A stretch of 64,000 bases of DNA from Bacteroidaceae bacterium (GTDB lineage: Bacteria > Bacteroidota > Bacteroidia > Bacteroidales > Bacteroidaceae), in the NCBI GenBank assembly GCA_963590865.1, contig CAVAQY010000001.1, positions 4,750-68,749 on the forward strand. Direction: 5' to 3'. Position numbers and translations under genes: made by a program. The notes under the pieces are model-generated. The model was given only the letters and a program-made list of their open reading frames with translations. It was not told the origin of the DNA and searched no databases. Below, in pieces: positions 11,719 through 20,788 of this stretch (position 1 is the first letter of the stretch; each line of letters opens with the position of its first letter).

Positions 11719-14241
11719 CTATTGTTCCTTTGCGTCATAGCCGTTGCCTTTCTTCCGCTTTCTCACCCCAGCCACTACTATTGCAATGATGACAATTAGC
11801 AGCAGGGCGTAGCCTGTGTAGGCTATCGTTTCGGTGGTCCTTACCGACTGCGGGAAGAACGACAGTTCCACTGTATGGTGGCCCGGCGATACATTGATGG
11901 CGCGCAGGATATAGTCAACCCGACCTACTTCAACCTCGTTGCCGTCCACTTTGGCGGTCCAACCGGGATAGTAAATTTCCGAGAACACTACAACTCCACC
12001 TGCCGCAGAGTTTACATCGTAGGTCAAACGGTTGGGTTCGTAGGCTGTAATCTTCACTGTTGACGTGCTGTCGTCCTGACGTTTGCTTTCGCCGAGAGCC
12101 TCCTTGAACTTCTTGTCTGCCACAGCCTCGTGACGCAGGTCTATCTTTCCTACCTGGTCAATCTCGTCGTTGGCGGTGTCCACATAGTTCACCTTGTCAA
12201 CAAACCATGCGTTGCCGTAAACGTAGGGATTTTGCAGTGGCACAGTCTGTCCGCCTTGTAGCGGTAGAATGAAGTATTTGGCGTTAAGCATGTTGAGCAC
12301 CGGGAAAATACTGTCGCCGTTTACCTTGGTCATGTCGCCTCCAGCTTGTGCCACGGCAGGGAAGAGACGCTGCATTTCCGGCGAGATGTGAGCCTCTATC
12401 ATCTCCTGGTAGCGGCGCAACTTGGCCGGATGGTAGCCGCCGATGCTCTTGAAGTAGTAGGCAGTCTCGTTCTCGTTGAACGTGTTCCCGGCAAGATTGA
12501 GCACTCGGTAGTCGAGCGACTGGTCTTTAAGTATCTCCTTTTCGGTCTCTGTAGGTACTATGGGAGTGTCGCGGACGCTCTTTTCCACAAACATTCCGTC
12601 GTTCAGATAACGTTTGTTCACCGCCCACATATCCGCAAGGCACAGCACTGCGATGGCCGCAACGGTGTATTTTGCCTTTAGCTTGTGCATCTTGAAGAGC
12701 ATAAGCAACAGCGTGCCAACCACAATTATCCAGAACGAGCGCCAGCAGTCGGCTGTAAACACTGCCTTACGCATCTCCGTAAGGTTGGCCAACAGCGGGT
12801 TCAGCTGTTCTGAAGGTATCTGTGAGAGAGCTTTCATCTCCGATGTAGAGATGAAATCGCTGAAGAATACGCCCGGCATCAGTGCGAACAACAGACAGAA
12901 ACCTGCCGTAAGGGCAAAGCTGATGTACACGAACTTTATCTTTTTCGAGAGCACTTCCGGTTCGTCGACTATGCGTTTCAGTGCAAGCATGGCCAGCAGC
13001 GGAATGGTAAACTCGGCGATTACGAGTATGGAGGCCACGGTGCGGAACTTGGAGTACATCGGTATGTGGTCGATGAAGAAGTTTGTGAAGCCCATGAAGT
13101 TGTGTCCCCACGACAGGAGTATGGACAATATGGTGGCTGCAAGCAACGCCCATTTCATCGGTCCCTTCACTATAAACAGTCCGAGAATGAACAGCATGAG
13201 CACGAAAGCACCCACATATACGGGGCCGCTCGTGCCGGGTTGCTCGCCCCAGTACTGTCCTATCTGCTGATATACTGGCAGGAAGGTGTTGTCGGCATGC
13301 TCCATTGCCGTCTTGCTCTGCACCATCGGCACCGATGCGCCGCCCTTGACGTTGGGTATGAGCAGCGACCATGTTTCGTCTATGCCGTAGCTCCAGCCTG
13401 TTATGTAGTCGCGTTCCAGTCCGCTGTCGGTCTGGTTTTCCTTGGCGGCGTCTTTCTTTACAAGTTCGCTCTTGCCGCGCATTGACTCCTTGCCGTACTG
13501 CCACGTGTGGTAGAGGTTGGATATGTTGAGGCTAACGCCGATGACTGCGCCTACTATGCACACAGCCGTGGCCTTGCCAAATCGCTTCCATTCGTGCTTC
13601 AATGCCGCATCAACGAGGAATGCGATGAACATTAGCAGCACTACAAACAGGTAGTAGTAGGTCATCTGCACGTGGTTTGCGTGTACCTCAAGCCCGGTGA
13701 ACAGTGCCGTGACGAACAGTCCCCACATGTATTTGCCCCGGTAGGCCAGCACAATGCCGGCAATCATGGGTGGCAGGAAACCAAGTGCCCACACTTTCCA
13801 GATGTGTCCGGCGGCGATAATGATGAAGAAATAGCTGCTGAATGCCCATATTATAGAGCCGAGGGCGGCCAGTGACTGGCGGAAATCGAACGCTCGGAGC
13901 AACAGATAGAAGCCGAAGAGGTAGAGGAACACGTAGCCCATCTCGCCCGGAAGCCACAGGTGGGCGGCTGAAGACAACAGGCTGAGCACCGTTCCGCTGT
14001 TGTACGACGGTGAAGTCTGGTAGGTAGGCATACCGCTGAATATGGAGTTGGTCCAACGGGTGCGCTCGCCAGTGCGCTCGTAATACTCTTTTTGTTCCAT
14101 TCCCATGCCCCTTCCGGCGGCGTGGTCATGCTGGTAAAGGATGCGGCCCTCCATGTCAGCGGGGAAAAAGTATGCGAACGAGAGCACCGCAAACAGCAAT
14201 ATAGCCAGCACGTCGGGCAGGCATTTCTTCCAAATGTTCAT
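11719..14241 (-). CDS. YfhO-family polytopic membrane protein (putative glycosyl-transfer related)
   Basis: 840 aa. N-terminus FAYFFPADMEGRILYQHDHAAGRGMGMEQKEYYERTGERTRWTNSIFSGMPTYQ resembles Bacteroidota YfhO proteins. More than 12 TM helices, then a soluble C-terminal domain and a terminal TM. Confidence 0.7.
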   Translation of the reverse strand: MNIWKKCLPDVLAILLFAVLSFAYFFPADMEGRILYQHDHAAGRGMGMEQKEYYERTGERTRWTNSIFSGMPTYQTSPSYNSGTVLSLLSSAAHLWLPGEMGYVFLYLFGFYLLLRAFDFRQSLAALGSIIWAFSSYFFIIIAAGHIWKVWALGFLPPMIAGIVLAYRGKYMWGLFVTALFTGLEVHANHVQMTYYYLFVVLLMFIAFLVDAALKHEWKRFGKATAVCIVGAVIGVSLNISNLYHTWQYGKESMRGKSELVKKDAAKENQTDSGLERDYITGWSYGIDETWSLLIPNVKGGASVPMVQSKTAMEHADNTFLPVYQQIGQYWGEQPGTSGPVYVGAFVLMLFILGLFIVKGPMKWALLAATILSILLSWGHNFMGFTNFFIDHIPMYSKFRTVASILVIAEFTIPLLAMLALKRIVDEPEVLSKKIKFVYISFALTAGFCLLFALMPGVFFSDFISTSEMKALSQIPSEQLNPLLANLTEMRKAVFTADCWRSFWIIVVGTLLLMLFKMHKLKAKYTVAAIAVLCLADMWAVNKRYLNDGMFVEKSVRDTPIVPTETEKEILKDQSLDYRVLNLAGNTFNENETAYYFKSIGGYHPAKLRRYQEMIEAHISPEMQRLFPAVAQAGGDMTKVNGDSIFPVLNMLNAKYFILPLQGGQTVPLQNPYVYGNAWFVDKVNYVDTANDEIDQVGKIDLRHEAVADKKFKEALGESKRQDDSTSTVKITAYEPNRLTYDVNSAAGGVVVFSEIYYPGWTAKVDGNEVEVGRVDYILRAINVSPGHHTVELSFFPQSVRTTETIAYTGYALLLIVIIAIVVAGVRKRKKGNGYDAKEQ

Positions 14242-14349
14242 TGTTATAGCGTTTTAAGTTGTTACCTTTTTTGCGTGCAAAGTTACGTTTTTTGTCCGTA
14301 AAGTGCCACCTGTGCGGCGTATAATGTGTGGCTGGGTTCGCTGGCGCCG

Positions 14350-15312
14350 CTACCATTTCAGCGTTCCGTATTTTTCCTTGTACCAGAGTTGCAGGGCGTT
14401 GATAAGGTTCTGCCACAGTACGTATGCCCCGGGAGCCACTGCAGCGAGCGGATTGAGAAGGGTTAGCGTGAGCCAGATGCCCACCACCGTGTTCTTCTGG
14501 CCGAGAGCCTGACCGGCACTGATGCTTGCGCCGAATGGACGGCCGACAGCTTTGCCGATGGCAAACTGGATTACGGCTACGAACAGGGGCAGTATGAGCA
14601 ACAAAGCCAGACACATACCATGGACATCGGCGTGGATTATGTTTCTCACCGTTGCTCCGGAGATAATTGACAGGTTGAAACACCACATGTAGAACCCCAG
14701 ATTTTTCATGCGTTTCAGTCTTTCCACCATGCGTGGAAGAACCCTGCGGCTTATGAGTGCCAGTATAAGCGGTACCACAAGCACAGTAGTGACATTGCGG
14801 AACACCATAAGTGCGGTGGAGGCAAACGTTATGGAGGCTTCTCTCTCCATCACCATAGGGAAAAACAGGGGAATTATGATCATCGTGACCACGTTTGCTA
14901 TAAGCGTATAGGTGGTTAGCGAGCCTATGCTGCCGCCCAGTTTCTCTGTGACCACGGGCGCGGCGGCAGCAGTGGGGCAGATGACGCAGATGAACACGCC
15001 TTCGAGCACGAGTCGGGTGGCGTTGTCGTCGGCAAGACACGTCAACAGCACAAACAGTCCGGCAAGAGTCGTGCGTATTGCCTGAAGCAGAAAGTGCCAC
15101 AGACGCGGTTTCATCTCCTGAATGTCTATCTTGCAGAATGTTACATACAGTAGTGCGAACAGCACAACGGGCAACAAATCAATGGCAATCGGCCCGGCCG
15201 TGTCGCCTATAGGCACGAGAAACGGAATGTTGGCGAACAACAGATACACCGTTGCTCCCACAGTCAGCGAAACCAGTAGCGACCAGCGTTTGACAAAAGC
15301 AAGTATGTTCAT
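14350..15312 (-). CDS. Bile acid:sodium symporter (BASS/SBF-like) family transporter
   Basis: 320 aa, about 9-10 TM. CPTAAAAPVVTEKLGG and GQKNTVVG motifs resemble SBF-like transporters. Family assignment is tentative. Confidence 0.55.
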   Translation of the reverse strand: MNILAFVKRWSLLVSLTVGATVYLLFANIPFLVPIGDTAGPIAIDLLPVVLFALLYVTFCKIDIQEMKPRLWHFLLQAIRTTLAGLFVLLTCLADDNATRLVLEGVFICVICPTAAAAPVVTEKLGGSIGSLTTYTLIANVVTMIIIPLFFPMVMEREASITFASTALMVFRNVTTVLVVPLILALISRRVLPRMVERLKRMKNLGFYMWCFNLSIISGATVRNIIHADVHGMCLALLLILPLFVAVIQFAIGKAVGRPFGASISAGQALGQKNTVVGIWLTLTLLNPLAAVAPGAYVLWQNLINALQLWYKEKYGTLKW

Positions 15313-15392
15313 GGCTTTTTCACACGGCAGACAGCACCTATCGGCTGTGGGTCAGACCCGTAGAGCGGCCGTCAATCCCGTTGTTTTTTGAC

Positions 15393-15402
15393 TGCAAAGG
15401 TA
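15393..15402 (-). promoter_or_regulatory. Bacteroidota -7 promoter motif for BASS-like transporter
   Basis: Minus strand TACCTTTGCA, about 80 nt upstream of ATG 15312. Confidence 0.45.
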
Positions 15403-15596
15403 ATACAAAAGCCATTGCCACAGACACAAAGCCGCCATTTATTAACACAAATTTCCGCAGAGGCAGGCGGAAACTTCCTCTGTCCGTCCCGAACCCATCC
15501 CGAAGCTTGGCCGTTTAGGCTTCGTAAACGGGCAGTTTATGAAGCGTAATCTTCAGGGTTGTGTTGCGGAGGTTTTGTCGCACCGTCATAAAACAT

Positions 15597-15606
15597 TACC
15601 TTTGCA
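15597..15606 (+). promoter_or_regulatory. Bacteroidota -7 promoter motif for TonB-dependent receptor
   Basis: TACCTTTGCA about 40 nt upstream of ATG 15647. It lies inside the track ORF extension 15539.., which argues against that start. Confidence 0.55.
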
Positions 15607-15646
15607 CCCGTCTTGCGCCAACCGCAGGACACAAAACAATATATTT

Positions 15647-17725
15647 ATGTACAAAAACAGTTTCATTAAGCGCGAAGTGCTCGTGTTCCACCATTTCGGA
15701 AACAAGGGCTATTCGCTCTTTGCCTGCCTTGGACGTGAGGTGCTAATCTCCGTTCTGAGCGCAGCAACTCTGTCGCATGCACATGCCGAGGGCATTGGCG
15801 TAAAGCCAATCCCGGCGGACACTGTGATGAAGACCGATAGGGAGCTGCAGCTCGATGAGGTCAGCGTTACGGGGACACGTGCCCCCATGACCGCAAGCCA
15901 GGCTGCGAGAATCGTTACTGTACTGGATCGTGAGGCTATCCAGGCCGCTCCGGTACAAAGTGTCAATGACCTGCTGAAGTTCGCTTCGGGAGTTGATGTC
16001 AGACAGCGCGGCCCACTTGGGGCGCAAACCGACATCAGCATACGCGGAGGCACCTGTGAACAGATAGCAATCCTGTTGAACGGCATCAACATCTGCGACC
16101 CGCAGACGGGGCACAACGCCTTTGACATTCCGGCAGACATTGACGAAATAGAGCGAATCGAGGTGTTGGAAGGGCCTGCGGGTCGGGTTTACGGCATTTC
16201 TTCACTCGTCGGAGCCATAAACATCGTCACCAAACAGTCTCCCAAAAGCTCTGTCTCGGTGCGCATGGAGGGCGGAAGCTATGGCTACGCCAACGCCGGG
16301 GCAAGGGTGAACGCTGCCAGCGGCAAGTGGAACAACCAAATTTCGGGCAGCTACACTCGCTCTGATGGTTACAGCCGCAACAAACAAGGCGGACTCAACG
16401 CCGACTTCTTCGGAGGAAAGGCCTTCTATCAGGGTTCTTATTCCGATAGTGACGTCAGCGTAAGGTGGCACGCAGGAATGAGTATCAAGGACTTTGGTTC
16501 GAATACTTTTTACGGAGCAAAGTGGGACGACCAGTTTGAACATACCAACAAGACTTTTACCGCCATACAGGCGGAAAACAAACATGGACGGTTGCACTTG
16601 AAACCGTCTGTCTACTGGAATAGAAACGTTGACCGCTTTGAGCTTTACCGTGGCGACGACGCACTGGTCAACAAGGTCCCGTACAACTATCACCGCACCG
16701 ATGTGTACGGCATAAATCTCAATGCTTACTTCGACTGGGTGGCAGGACGCACTGCTGTGTGTGCCGAACTGCGCAATGAGGATCTCGTGAGTACCAATCT
16801 CGGAGAGCAACTCGATGAACCGCGCCATGTGAAAGGCACAGACCGCTACTACAACTACGGACTGAACCGCACCAATATTAGCTTCGTCGTGGAGCACAAC
16901 GTCATTTTGGAACGTTTCACTCTGTCAGCTGGCATCGTGGCAGTGAAGAACTCGTGGAACAACATGAACATGAGGGTCTATCCGGGTGTGGACTTGAGCT
17001 ACAGGATAGGACGATCGTGGAAAGTGTATGCATCGTACAACTCTTCGCTGCGTATGCCTTCCGTCACGGAACTGTACTATTCCGTGGGAGGACACAAGGC
17101 CGACAAGAGACTGAAACCGGAGGAACTGCAGGCCATTGAAGGCGGAGTGAAATACTCTGGCGGCGGAATAAACGCTTCAGTCTGCGCCTACTACAACCAT
17201 GGGACGAACCTGATTGACTGGATAAGGCGCACGGATGAGGGCGACGACGCGGTGTGGCAGTCGGTGAATTTCACCAAAATAAATTCTGTAGGTGTTGCCA
17301 CTTCGCTGGCTTTCGACCTGAAACGGCTCATTCCATCGCAGGATTTCCTGCGCCGTCTGGATGTTTCGTACAACTATATTAATCAGTCGAAAGACGAACC
17401 GGGCAACATTCAGAGCCGTTCCACACTGGAATATCTGCGCCACAAGGCCACCGCATCGCTGGAGATGAACCCTTGGCAGCGGCTCAACCTGACGCTGAAA
17501 TACCGTTTTCAGGAACGTTGCGGCACGTTTACCGATGCTTCCGGCAATGTAAGAGGCTATGCTCCGTATGCCATAACGGACATTCGCGCGTCGTGGAACG
17601 CCGACTCATGGCAACTGTATGCCGAGGCCAACAACCTTTTCAACAAGACTTACTACGACTTCGGCCAGGTTCCGCAGCCCGGAATATGGGTGTTGGCCGG
17701 CGTTAAGGTAAATGTAAGCCTGTAA
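15647..17725 (+). CDS. TonB-dependent outer-membrane receptor (about 690 aa, non-SusC type)
   Basis: Plug motifs LDEVSVTGTRAP, VNDLLKFASGVDVRQRG, DISIRGG, LLNGINI, IERIEVLEGPAG, followed by a beta-barrel region. Confidence 0.85.
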   Translation: MYKNSFIKREVLVFHHFGNKGYSLFACLGREVLISVLSAATLSHAHAEGIGVKPIPADTVMKTDRELQLDEVSVTGTRAPMTASQAARIVTVLDREAIQAAPVQSVNDLLKFASGVDVRQRGPLGAQTDISIRGGTCEQIAILLNGINICDPQTGHNAFDIPADIDEIERIEVLEGPAGRVYGISSLVGAINIVTKQSPKSSVSVRMEGGSYGYANAGARVNAASGKWNNQISGSYTRSDGYSRNKQGGLNADFFGGKAFYQGSYSDSDVSVRWHAGMSIKDFGSNTFYGAKWDDQFEHTNKTFTAIQAENKHGRLHLKPSVYWNRNVDRFELYRGDDALVNKVPYNYHRTDVYGINLNAYFDWVAGRTAVCAELRNEDLVSTNLGEQLDEPRHVKGTDRYYNYGLNRTNISFVVEHNVILERFTLSAGIVAVKNSWNNMNMRVYPGVDLSYRIGRSWKVYASYNSSLRMPSVTELYYSVGGHKADKRLKPEELQAIEGGVKYSGGGINASVCAYYNHGTNLIDWIRRTDEGDDAVWQSVNFTKINSVGVATSLAFDLKRLIPSQDFLRRLDVSYNYINQSKDEPGNIQSRSTLEYLRHKATASLEMNPWQRLNLTLKYRFQERCGTFTDASGNVRGYAPYAITDIRASWNADSWQLYAEANNLFNKTYYDFGQVPQPGIWVLAGVKVNVSL

Positions 17726-17840
17726 GATTTTGGGCAGACAATCAGCCTTACAGTAAGCGTAAAGCAGTAAGGCTCGGACTTCGCAATGGCCTTACTGCAA
17801 TGCAGAACCGACAGTTTGCCTTAGCCCTATAAACGATTTG

Positions 17841-17885
17841 GGGCGGAGAATACAATGCTCTTTGCACTGTTTCTCCGCCCTTTTT
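17841..17885 (+). terminator. Rho-independent terminator after TonB-dependent receptor
   Basis: gggcggagaa-(20 nt)-ttctccgccc followed by ttttt. Confidence 0.7.
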
Positions 17886-17927
17886 CCTTTCACAGCCTTT
17901 TCGCATTTACAGCTTTCTGATGGACTG

Positions 17928-19343
17928 CTACTGGTTATTTTTCAACTTGAAAGAGTTCTCTATACTTGCCACTTCTGCCTCAAAAGCCTTGTCGGTCTTT
18001 AGCCTGTGCTGTATGGTAGAGCAACTGTGGACAACGGTGGAGTGGTCCCTGTTTCCTATGAGCTGGCCTATTCTTGATGCCGGCATCTTTGTGTATTTCT
18101 GTGCGAAGTACATCGATAACTGCCTAACCACTACGTAGTCACGCTTGCGGCTGCGGCTGAGCACACTCTGCTGGGTCACACTATAGTGGCGGCAAACCTT
18201 TTCGAGGATATCATCAATCGTGAGCGGATGGTCGTCTACCTTGACTGCGCGCTTTATCACACGTTCTGCCAATCTCATGTCAATGCTGCTGTTATAAACA
18301 ACCGAGTAGGCGAGGAGTGAATTTACAACGCCTTCCAAGTCACGGACGCTTCCGTTGGCAGTCTCGGCGATGAACTGTATTACGTCAGTCGGTATCTTCA
18401 GACCGTCACGTCGACACTTTGTGTTGAGTATGTCTATGCAAAGCTGCACGTTTGGCTTCTCCAGTTCTGCTATAAGTCCGCAGCTGAAGCGTGTGAGCAG
18501 GCGGTCTTTCATGCCTTGCAGGTCAACCGGTGGGCGGTCGCTTGCCAGAATAATCTGCTTGCCGTTGCGGAAAAGGTGGTTGAAGATGTGGAAAAACGTG
18601 TCTAGTGTCTTCGTTGCCGTTGCCCATTCCTGTATGTCATCAACAATAAGCATGTCGATGGACTGGTAGAAATTGATGAAATCGTTGGTGACATTCTGCC
18701 TTACGGCATCGGTAAACTGCACCTGAAAGAGGCGTGCACTGACATACAGCACCCGTTTCTGGGGGTACAGCTCCTTGCAGCGCACTCCGATGGCGTTGAC
18801 AAGGTGGGTCTTTCCACAACCCGACGGTCCGTATATAAAGAAGGGGTTGAACGTTGACTTGCCCGGATGCTCGGCTATTGACACGCCGATAGTGCGCGGG
18901 AGCTTGTTGCTCGCACCTTCTATATAGTTGCCGAATGTCTTTCGGGGATTGAGCTGCGGATTTAGTTCTTGCGGAACGGCTGCGTCAAGCACGGAAGGTG
19001 CCTTGTTCGCTCTCGTAACGGGCTTTGGCTCATCAATCGTGAGCGGTTCGTTGCCTTCAATGTCCTGTGACAGGTTGTGTTCCTTGTCGGTTACGATACG
19101 GTATTTCAGCCTTACGCTTGTGCCGAAGCAGCGTGTCAGCACCTTACTGAGCAGTCCCACGTAGTGCTGTTCCAGATACTCGTAGACATAGTTGCTCGGT
19201 ACCTGAACCAACAGCGTATGGTCTCCGGGGGTATAAGCCTCGAAGACTATTGTGGAGAACCACGTCTTGAATTGCTGCTCTGTTACATTTTCCTTGATTA
19301 ATGCAAGGCTTTTGTCCCAGAGCGCCTTATGGTTTGCTGGCAT
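17928..19343 (-). CDS. dnaA: Chromosomal replication initiator protein DnaA
   Basis: Walker A GPSGCGKTHL, Walker B LIVDDIQEW, sensor and domain IV motif RDHSTVVHSCSTI. N-terminus MPANHKALWDKSLALIKENVTEQQFKTWF. ATG 19343 follows a promoter motif; the track extension to 19535 is rejected. Confidence 0.95.
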   Translation of the reverse strand: MPANHKALWDKSLALIKENVTEQQFKTWFSTIVFEAYTPGDHTLLVQVPSNYVYEYLEQHYVGLLSKVLTRCFGTSVRLKYRIVTDKEHNLSQDIEGNEPLTIDEPKPVTRANKAPSVLDAAVPQELNPQLNPRKTFGNYIEGASNKLPRTIGVSIAEHPGKSTFNPFFIYGPSGCGKTHLVNAIGVRCKELYPQKRVLYVSARLFQVQFTDAVRQNVTNDFINFYQSIDMLIVDDIQEWATATKTLDTFFHIFNHLFRNGKQIILASDRPPVDLQGMKDRLLTRFSCGLIAELEKPNVQLCIDILNTKCRRDGLKIPTDVIQFIAETANGSVRDLEGVVNSLLAYSVVYNSSIDMRLAERVIKRAVKVDDHPLTIDDILEKVCRHYSVTQQSVLSRSRKRDYVVVRQLSMYFAQKYTKMPASRIGQLIGNRDHSTVVHSCSTIQHRLKTDKAFEAEVASIENSFKLKNNQ

Positions 19344-19397
19344 TGTGCTGGTTTGATTGTAGTTTCCTACCGATGTTGCGGTAGTTTGTTTTTCGAA

Positions 19398-19408
19398 GTG
19401 CAAATATC
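19398..19408 (-). promoter_or_regulatory. Bacteroidota -7-like promoter motif for dnaA
   Basis: Minus strand gaTATTTGCAc, about 55 nt upstream of ATG 19343. Confidence 0.45.
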
Positions 19409-19796
19409 GCACTTTTTTTTCAAACAGGCAAATCATTGGGTTGCCCGTCTGAAACGACGAAAACTCATAACGTTTTGGTAATGGGAATATTAGGTTTGTT
19501 GGTACAATGTGGATGTAAAAATAGGGAGTTTTCAAGACTAAGCATTTGTTTTTCAGACGCTTGGCGGTGAAGTTCCGTAAGGGGCGACGGTGGATCGCAA
19601 TCTTTTGTCTGCATCATACAAAGCTTTTTGTATCAATGTTTTCTACACGTTCAGAAGCATGGCGGAAACGGAAGCAGGTTATTTAGACAAAATATAACTA
19701 AGTAGGTGTTCAAAATTATTCGTACATAGGGTTGCAATGCGAAGTTGGCTGCCGCAAATGCCATGCTTGTCGTGAATAACAGTGTAGTCGGGATAT

Positions 19797-19835
19797 GCAA
19801 ACGGGCGATTCACGATGTGCGAACCGCCCGTTTGC
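19797..19835 (-). terminator. Hairpin downstream of mlaD (possible terminator)
   Basis: gcaaacgggcg-(17 nt)-cgcccgtttgc: 11-bp perfect stem 44 nt past the mlaD stop. No clear U-tract on the minus strand. Confidence 0.35.
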
Positions 19836-19878
19836 TTTCAAATGTATGGTGTCATTTGAAATGGTGCTTGCTGCGACG

Positions 19879-20781
19879 TTATTTGTCCTTTCTGCCGAAC
19901 ACAGAGAAGTGTACGTAGCGTTTCGGGTGGGCTTTCAGGTCTACTACCAGCGAGTCGGCATCGCGCATGGTGGCTGTTAGGTTGTCGTAAAGTTGACGGT
20001 CTCTCATCAGCAGCCCAAGGGTTCCCTCGTTGCTGTTCAGCTTTTCGGTCATCTCATGTACGTTGTTGAGTGTTGCGTCCACCTTTGCCATGGTTTTCGC
20101 TACGTCTATCTCACTGAGGTTTTTGGTCAGTTGCTCGGTGTTGTCGAGCACATTGTTGGCCTTGGTCAGTATACCTGGCATCTGTCCGTTCACCGATTTC
20201 ATGAGCATATTCACTTGACGGGTGGTCACAGTGAGGTCGTTTGTTATCTTTTCCACGTTGTGCAGCGAGTTGCGTATGGCCGGATCGGCAAGCAAAACGT
20301 TGAGGCTTGCCATTATGGAGTCAAGTTTCGGCAGCATCTCTTCTACCTTCGGCACCATTCCTGCGGCCTTGTCCATCATTCCACGGGCAATGTCTCCATT
20401 AATGGTGTCTCCTTCGCTCAGAACTCCTGCGGCCTCATGGGGCATCACCAGGATTACCTTCACGTTGCCCATAATGTCGCTGGCGATTTCTGCAACGGTG
20501 CCTCTGGGCGGCTGAAACTCCTTTTTGAGGTCAAGCTCCACCATAATATTGCCGCTGTTGGTGTAGTCATAGTCAATGTCAGCCACAGTTCCCACCTTGA
20601 AACCGTTGGCATATACGGGGCTTGACTTGGTCATTCCGCTAATGTCTTTGAACGACGCATAGAATGTGTTTGCCGTTGAAAAAAGGCTTAGTCCCTTGAG
20701 AAACCTCATGCCGAAGAACAGTACGACCACTCCAAATATTGCCACGAGGGCTATCTGTATCTCTTTTTTCTTGTTTGCCAT
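19879..20781 (-). CDS. mlaD: MlaD/MCE-family protein
   Basis: N-terminal TM (IQIALVAIFGVVVLFFG), then the MCE core FYASFKDISGMTKSSPVYANGFKVGTVADID and a long helical C-terminal region. Confidence 0.8.
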   Translation of the reverse strand: MANKKKEIQIALVAIFGVVVLFFGMRFLKGLSLFSTANTFYASFKDISGMTKSSPVYANGFKVGTVADIDYDYTNSGNIMVELDLKKEFQPPRGTVAEIASDIMGNVKVILVMPHEAAGVLSEGDTINGDIARGMMDKAAGMVPKVEEMLPKLDSIMASLNVLLADPAIRNSLHNVEKITNDLTVTTRQVNMLMKSVNGQMPGILTKANNVLDNTEQLTKNLSEIDVAKTMAKVDATLNNVHEMTEKLNSNEGTLGLLMRDRQLYDNLTATMRDADSLVVDLKAHPKRYVHFSVFGRKDK

Positions 20782-20788
20782 TGCCGTT

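Noticed and set aside
15313-15646. Possible riboswitch or Fur box upstream of the TonB-dependent receptor.
   Set aside because: I found no B12 box, THI box or 19-bp Fur-like palindrome. The promoter motif is only ~40 nt from the ATG.
19508-19647. DnaA-box cluster defining oriC.
   Set aside because: There are only two or three 9-mers, each with 2 mismatches to TTATCCACA, and no consensus box. It is kept as a low-confidence hypothesis, not a feature.
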